From assembly GCF_009914755.1 (NCBI RefSeq), contig NC_060928.1: 64,000 nucleotides of DNA. The stretch is one strand, 5' to 3'. Numbering within the stretch: position 1 is the stretch's first letter; every line of letters starts with the position of its first letter. The position numbers and the translations under genes are program-made. Below are positions 55,622 through 64,000 of this stretch, in pieces. The stretch is from the human T2T-CHM13v2.0 reference genome, Homo sapiens. The notes under the pieces are model-generated. The model made no database searches, was not told where the DNA came from, and saw only the letters and a list, made by a program, of their open reading frames with translations.

Positions 55622-55882
55622 TTTGTAAAAAATCATTTTTAATGTGCCGTAGAAACCCATATTTTCTGTATTTTTCCCCTTCAGTGATTCTGTGCCCCCG
55701 TGTGTCCGGCTGCTTGGCAGTCTCTGACAATATAAACCTTTTTCAGGTAGGTATGTCACAGATTCTAATGTGGACATGCTCAGGCACGTCAGAAAAGGAA
55801 GATTAGGGAGCAGAACCGGCAACAAAACTCCACAGTAAAGGCAAATGCAGCTCAGTATCAAACCGCTTCTCGGGACACACAT
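55622..55882 (-). CDS. FBXW7: FBXW7 beta-isoform-specific first coding exon (87 aa, MCVPRSGLILSCICLYCGVLLPV...KMIFYK)
   Basis: Translation matches my recollection of the FBXW7 beta N-terminus. It ends at the consensus donor AAA|GTAAGT in phase 0; 87 aa plus 540 shared aa gives 627 aa. Confidence 0.95.
55772..55791. promoter_or_regulatory. p53 response element GGACATGCTC-AGGCACGTCA inside the beta coding exon
   Basis: One perfect RRRCWWGYYY half-site plus an adjacent half-site with 2 mismatches and no spacer; FBXW7 beta is an established p53-inducible isoform. Confidence 0.7.
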
Positions 55883-56480
55883 ACATACATGCAGCTTGAC
55901 TGAGAAGAACTCGAGGGAATAATGAGAGAGAACGGAGAAGATTATTGGAGGAGACTATGCCCTGTCAAAGCCTTGACTGAACAGATTCCTCCCTCAGCAG
56001 CAGAGGGATCAGATTACATCTTCCCTTGAACACAGAATGGTGCAGTCCAGGATTCAGCAATGCAGACTGCACATCAATTATATGGTGATCCGCTCCAGGG
56101 AACCCGTAAGAACACAACGCACTGAACAGAGGGAGGATGTGGGCAGCAGAGACCGCCCCCACACGACAGCCCCCTCTCCCCTTTCAAACTTTCAAGAGGT
56201 TATTTTTGTATTTTGTAAAACCTGCATTTTTGAAGAGTTTTAAATAGCAAGGAACATTTCCACAAATAAGTCTTTTCAGAAACATTTTGAAAATAGGATA
56301 TATTTTCATACGGTCCCCCTGAACTGAGGCAAAGCATGCTATTTTCACTGTCATCCTACCGTAGTCCTGGCACAGACTAATCAGATTTTTCAAGTAGCTT
56401 GGATGGTACAAAACAGGCAATCCCGAAAAGAGAAATTAATATACTCTGGGGTTGACTGACAATAAAGTAAACTGGTTTGG
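55883..56480 (-). promoter_or_regulatory. FBXW7 beta 5'UTR and internal promoter
   Basis: Local rise in GC and CpG within an AT-rich intron, GC-box-like CCGCCCC at 56154-56160, immediately upstream of the beta ATG. The TSS cannot be fixed from sequence. Confidence 0.65.
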
Positions 56481-59400
56481 AGCCGACAGCATTTGCAGAA
56501 ATTATGTAATCTAAGTTATATTTCAAACTGCGTATTTTGGTATTGATTTAATAAAAACATTGCCTATGCTTTTCCATTTCAATCCTTTAAAACATAGTAA
56601 TTTTCAGGGAAATTGCCATACACTTCATCAATTCTTACTAATCATAAGAATATCTTTGTAAGATTAACAAACTAGTACTACCTAAGTGTGTAAAGTTTGG
56701 CCAAAAGGCTATTTTATCCCCAAAAGAGCAAACACTGTGCTGGCTGGAGAGGCTTACTTTTATTTGCTAATTTAATCTGGAGTAAACAGGAGGCACTAGA
56801 CTTCTATCTCCAAAATTATTTTGACAATCTATATTGCTTATCATTAAAAAGGCATTTTACATAATAAAGATGCCAAAGTTTGCCAGAAGGCAACATTTTT
56901 CCTGGAATGACTACTACACAAATCTAGATATTTCATCTTGCAACTTCCTTCACAACTACCTTCAGGGACAATTATAAGATTCCTTGAGCTAGAAAAGCCC
57001 ATTATTAAGGTTCTAGTTAATTTACTCCTACCCTCCCCATTAGTGTTCTTTATTACAAGTAAATTGTGTGCCTATAGTTACCACTATTCGAAGTAAGTTT
57101 CTCCAGAAAAACAAAACAAAACAACCATTTGGACTTACTAACATTTTAATACTCTCTGCTATGGTGGTAAATGGCTTTCTTTAGTAAAATGGTTCTAAAT
57201 ACTGCATAAAGTAGTATCATAATTTTAAAAATAAAAATGTTTACCTTTATAACTAAGACATTATGTCAATGCAACATCTTTTACTTTAAAACATAAATGA
57301 AATTAAGATAACGTAAAATTTTATGAAGATGTACATCTTGAGTCTTCTAGAAATTATATTCTACTGTCTACTTATCTTTAAAAAAAATCTCCTATCTGGC
57401 TCTTAAATTAATTCTTACCCTCAGGAACAATATGTATATGTACTCAGCAGAAGTTAGTTATCTAAATAATCTCACTTCGAAGGGAAGCAAAAAAACAAAA
57501 AAATCTAATTGTTAGGAATGGACCCATAAACTCTTTTGTCAGAAGTTCTGAGGACTCAAGATTTAGGAAAGGGGGAAAAAAGGTGATTTTCCTCAATGTT
57601 CTGGGCTATGAGAACACCTGAAATTTCATCCAGAATTTGTCAGTGGTAACAAGTTTTCCATAAGACACGTGTAATACTAGTGCTATAATAGTATATACTT
57701 CGGCTTCAACTGAAATCATGTCCTATTTCTAGTTGAACTAACCTTTTCAAATTAAATCTACTCAGTTAAGAAGAGACCAACTTTAATGAAGTAGGGGATA
57801 CTGTCTCAAAACCTAAAGAAAATATCTCTTAACTTTGTATATTCAAAGGACTGCTCCCATGGTTATATGGCTCCTACTTAGGGCTGTGAGTTACAGGAAA
57901 ACCTGTTCCCTACAAATATTGTTTGTATGTGGGTACTGTCCTGTAGATCCATGTTTTATTACCAGGTTTGTATGCTTCAAACATCAAAATGATATACAAA
58001 AAATTCTACACTGAGAAGTCTTTCTACTACCACATATCCTCCATCTACCATGGTTCCCATTTGGGAATGATTTTTATTGTTTATCCTTTAAGTGAGAAAT
58101 GCGAATGTTTATAAGTACTAATGAAGACCTTGTCTTCCCAAGTATTTAAACAATTCTCCCTAATATCTTATGATGTTAATTTGAACTGTGAAGAATCTGT
58201 CAAGCAAAACTAGTCAACTAAGCTTCTAACTGAATTTCAAATTAACAGAATAAAAATGATTTTCAACATTCTCTGACGTACTATCAATGAAAACTGTGAT
58301 CTATTATATTACTGTCATCATAATCTTAATATGAACAAAGCAAATAAAATCACTTGCATTTCTATTTATACCACTCGGCTAAAATATAGTTTGAAACTTT
58401 ATTCAGATTTAAGTTTTTGGTAATATAATATTTAAAAATTTTTATGGGTTTGTGTCTGTATTTATCTATCTTATCTCTGTGACAAGAAACATTTTAAACT
58501 TTAGATCAGTCTATTATCTATGTTAAATAAGTTTTTTTAAAGTATTTTATGCCTTACACTAAAATATTAAGTAGTAAGTTCACAGGAAAGAAGGTCAACC
58601 AAATAGCTAAGAAACCAAATAGCTAAGTTAGTCAACCAAACAGCTAAGAAAATGTTTGTCATCTATATTTTTAGAATTACTATTTCACTATATTAAATAT
58701 ATTTTCATTACAATAATTTTCATGGAATTTCAGCTAGGCACTCATTTCTCCCATTCTATAAAAAATTAATTCTTGTGTTGACTGACAACCTAGAAGCATT
58801 ATTGAAATTCCATTAGCAAAGGGAATGACCAACAATAAGGTCCTGGAATAAAATCCATCTGCTAACTCAGACCCAATGCTCATCTCATCACAACTCCACT
58901 GTGCTAGGTGTAGAAGTGGAACTAGTGTGCTAGCATAGAAGTTAGAAGTAACGAGGAAAAAAAAACAACACAAATATATGATGATATGTTTGCCTCTGGG
59001 GAATGATGCCATAGAATCATTAACCCGTGAGCTCCTACCAGAGCTCTGAACAAATAATTGGGACGACTTAAGTTTTTAGAAGGGCAAGTTGTGGTTGTGA
59101 GCAGAAAGAAAAAATAGTGTATATACAGTGAGAAAAATATACACAAATGGTCTTAAGCGAATCATGTATCTTCAGAGAAATACTTATCTTTACATATAAT
59201 GTCAACATAAAGGATGTAGTTAATAGAGTACTTTACCTCACCTTGACTCTCAAGAGTTCATTATTTCCGTCTTATATATAGTTCTATTACTGCAGTTATC
59301 ATAGTTCATTGTCATTATTTTTATACATCTTTCTCCCCTATCTCCTCCCTAAAGATTCACATCTTACTCAAATTTATTTCTAGGGCATCCAGAAAATGAT

Positions 59401-60467
59401 ACAAAACAAATAATTAATATTTTTGAATTGGCCATACAAGCAAATATCAGAAACCACAGCATTATTTTTCTAAAGCTTAAACATATATTACAATCAGTAC
59501 TAAAAAGTTTAACTCAACTAAAAAGTTTATAATTAGTGGAAAATACTATGAATACTATTAGTTCTTTTACCTTGCTAACATTTAAAAATACACTTCCATT
59601 TTATAATAGTAGGAGAATGTGTTTATATTCCTATGTCAGTGATTTTATTATTATCATGACAACACTTTGTACTCTAGAAAGGACTAGGAAACCACCACAG
59701 TTAGCTGTCTTGCCCTGAGCACAGAATTTAGATTACAGACAGTTCAAAATTACAGACAGTTCAAAATTTCAACATCAATGAAAGGAATGCCAAGCATGTT
59801 GAGACTGAAATACTTTTTGAAATTTCACTAACTCACTGTCATTAACTTTCTGGGATGTGAGTGCTTATTAAAAGGTTTGCTTATTAAAACTGGCAAACTA
59901 ATAAACCTGTTCTATTACAGATATCAACTGGAATAGTATATATGCCCAGCATTTACATTTTCACTAACACAAATAGGTGGCAGTATTGGCCAATAAGCAA
60001 TTTTCCATATTTATTCATTCAGTAAGCATTTGTTTAGCACCTACTTTGTGTTGGGCACAGAATATTATATACATCAATTGAAACTTTGTTCTTTCTCCAT
60101 TGGAAATACAGTCAATTAACACAAGAGCATAGTGTAACGTAATATACACAAACATCTGACTGTTAGAACTCATACTGAAATTAGTTCTAAAAAATTTTTG
60201 AGAACATGTAAAATAAAACAAGATGAGCCAGCTTTAGTTCAAAACTACCATCTAAGTAAACAAATACTGTGACACTAGTGCCTTAGAAAAAAATCCCAAA
60301 CACTAAACACTGTAATAGATAATCTTACTTTACTTAAACTTATTTTTTGGGGGGAAGGGGATGTTTATAATATATATAATCCAAACCTTTGTAAATCAAG
60401 CTGCAAATCAAAATGTTATAGCTGACTGCTTTTAAATAAATTTTAATATAATTACAGAAGTAGTAGT

Positions 60468-60790
<323 letters not shown>

Positions 60791-61774
60791 TAAGCTATTT
60801 AAAACTCTCCTTACAAAGACACAGCCTCTGATTAGTGTGACACACTAATCAACTGCAGTATTAGTTCCAACAGTGTAAGTTTTTTCATTCCTTCAGATTG
60901 GGCCAAATTAGTCATCTGATGGACACATGCACAAATGTATTTATCTACAAATATATAAATATACACACATACATAATTCATACCCAATAGTGCAAGTTAA
61001 GAGTTCTATTTATGCCAGCCACAGAATAAAATAATATGGGGGTTTTATTCGCTCCTCTAAAATTTATATTGTTACAGAGCTGTCAGACTAATACTAAGTC
61101 AACATCCTCTACTTTTTCACAGACAGCCGGCATCAGTGCAATAATTTGACAACAAAGTTAGCAAGTCACCCTGGAGTTTACTGATTTATCCAGAAAGCAA
61201 TGAATCTTTCATGCTTAAAATCCAAAATAAACTACCAATAAGCATTTGGAATTCATAAGTTTCCTCTCAAAATTTTATTGTGAATTTCTTATAGTAATAC
61301 CTTCAGTAAAGTAAGACAGATATCATGGAAAAAAAGTATAAAATGTAAGTTTGACTTCAAGAAAAATGAAACCACAAATATGACCCAGGAAAGAATTTAA
61401 CATGGAGAAAGAATGAAATCAAATTTCCCTCAATATAAGGCCTAAACCCTATTCACTCTTCTGCTTTCTTTACACAAATCCATATTTATTGCTGCTGTTT
61501 GTGATTTTCAAATATATTTGCCTGACTTGAGAAGAATTTCCCATAGGTGTGATATATTAATCTTGTATTCATTTCAAGAACTGTTTAAAATTCTGGGATT
61601 AATTTCCTAAATTAGTGATTAGTCATGATAAAAAAGTTTTGAGAAGAGAGCTAAAGACTAAAAAAAAAAAAAAGGTATAGCTACTAAATCAGCAAAAAAT
61701 ATTAACAGCAGGAAGCCATAGAGTGATTTTGGATGTCATCTAATTCCTCTTTGTTTGTGGAATGAACACAAGCA

Positions 61775-61985
61775 ATGGAACCAGAAAAACCTGGATTTAA
61801 GCGCAAGTTTTGCCATTACCAGAGTGTAATGTTAGGTGGTTACTTGACCTTTACGAGTTTGTTTTCTCTTTTTATAAAACAGTAATGATATACACCTACC
61901 TTACCACCTAAACTACAGAGTCACTGTGAGGAAACAGAAAATGCCTAGCACATAACAGATACCCTAGAAATGGTAGCTGTATTTA
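61775..61985 (+). mobile_element. MIR
   Basis: cctggatttaag...ttacttgaccttt...gttttctcttttataaaa...ctgtgagga...gcctagcacataacag. Confidence 0.6.
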
Positions 61986-62417
61986 ACAGGTGGGAAAAGT
62001 AGGTACAGAATTAAGTGTCTTGCCCATGCTTAAATAGCTAGCTATATTTAGAACCTTGGTCTCTGGTCCCAAGATCAATAATTCTTACTGATTTCCATTA
62101 GATATGTGGTAGCTCAAGTTAAGCTAAAACACGAGACATTGTTAAAGAAGAAAAAAGTGTTATATTTTGCAAAAAGTATGTATGTAAATTACAAGTAAAT
62201 CTTGATTATTCAGTTTATTGAATCGTTATTTTAGGTCCATATTAACTATGCTTCTACTACATCTGGGAAATCTGAGGCAAAGGCCTGGTGATGGGGGAAA
62301 GGTGACAGAAACTGAGAAAATTTTAGGTTAAAAAAACAATCAATTGAGAAATAAGTCACCTCCTATGTCCCAATATCTGCGAAATGCTACCAAGGGCAAA
62401 CAAAAACATTGCAATTA

Positions 62418-62930
<513 letters not shown>

Positions 62931-63964
62931 CAAAGACAAGAAACAAATAGAAAGCAATACTGGACTATATATCAATTGCCAAATTGGGTGGAGTGAGTCA
63001 GAAAATGGAGAAGTTATTTTAATAGTCTGGGAGTTCATAAATGACATGGTCTTGCTTCTGTGTTTAAAAAACAGAAGTTTGATAAGTGTTGAGAGGGAAG
63101 AAGGAAATTACCACCTGTGGACCTGAGATGTAAATGGAAATACGACTATTATTAACTTGCAGGATTAACAGCATCTATTAGACTTCTAATCACTGGTCTT
63201 ACAAGGTTCATTAGGGGATAACCCATGTGATAACAATTATTTCTCCTAACTGAAACATTTAATACTAGAGTTAAAATGTTATTTAACATATTGTTAAATT
63301 TCTTCAAAATACCTCCTGTCATGACTCATCATTCCATCTTAGGGCATTATGTGTCTTTCTGTACTAGGAGAACTTTACTGTGTGGGTGTGAAGACTGTTG
63401 ACTTTTTATTTTAGTTACAAACACTGACAAACAAGGGGACTTTCTGTTTGAACAGGCATTCACACTAGAAATCATACATACAAGCAAGTTGTACTCCTGA
63501 ATACACAGCGCAGGGAAATGGTGTATAAAACATTCATTGAAATTGTATATTCCCAGAAAAAGTTAATGAAAAAACAATCCGAAAAGTTACTCGGGGCAAC
63601 AGGTGAGTACACAATTCACCGATTCTTGCCAACATGTGACTGAAAGAACCTGTCCTATTCAAAAAGGTATAGCTCACTAAGAAAATTTTCATCTTGTTCT
63701 ACCCCAGCCCTTTCTCCCCACACCTCTACTGTCTGGCCCCCAGACTCAAAGCCTCTTTTCTAAAGAACAGACTTCACTATAGAGCATTTTGAAGTCTCAG
63801 AAACCGTTCATCAGGTACAGAGCTAGGTGACTATGGAAGGGTGACTGTAAAACTAGAAGGTATGTGAGATTCGATAACACAATATAAGGTACGGTCCTTT
63901 TGAAAAAACAAGCATATATTTTATGTGTGTGCGCACTGTGTATGCATAGAGAAAAGCCTAGAAA

Positions 63965-64000
63965 AATATATTAAAATATATTAAATATATATATATATAT
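63965..64000. repeat. AT-rich/(TA)n simple repeat running off the window edge
   Basis: aatatattaaaatatattaaatatatatatatatat. Confidence 0.85.

Overview
Eukaryotic (human or great-ape-like) genomic DNA, not prokaryotic. The minus strand carries the 3' part of FBXW7 (hCDC4/FBW7), the F-box/WD40 substrate receptor of SCF ubiquitin ligase. This comprises the beta-isoform first exon (CDS 55622-55882, with a hydrophobic N-terminus), all ten shared coding exons (53276 down to the stop at 26036) and a ~1.6 kb 3'UTR ending near 24410. All junctions are GT-AG and the spliced frame gives an intact 627-aa beta protein, with hotspot residues R465/R479/R505 (alpha numbering) wild type. The alpha and gamma first exons lie outside the window. 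Positions 1 to ~24400 are intergenic and rich in Alu/L1/MIR/MER repeats. The most notable extra layers are: (i) a spliced antisense ORF across the 40957-41091 exon that matches the contested DEspR/DEAR (FBXW7-AS1) 85-aa protein but has a genomic TGA at codon 14; (ii) three weak AUGs in three frames at the beta start, with better-context in-frame AUGs after the hydrophobic segment; (iii) a p53 element inside the beta coding exon; (iv) a miRNA-seed-dense 3'UTR with alternative poly(A) hexamers and a miR-25/92 site overlapping the terminal AATAAA. I see no convincing wholly new system; most findings are regulatory overlays on a well-known gene. Repeat boundaries and subfamilies are by eye and approximate.
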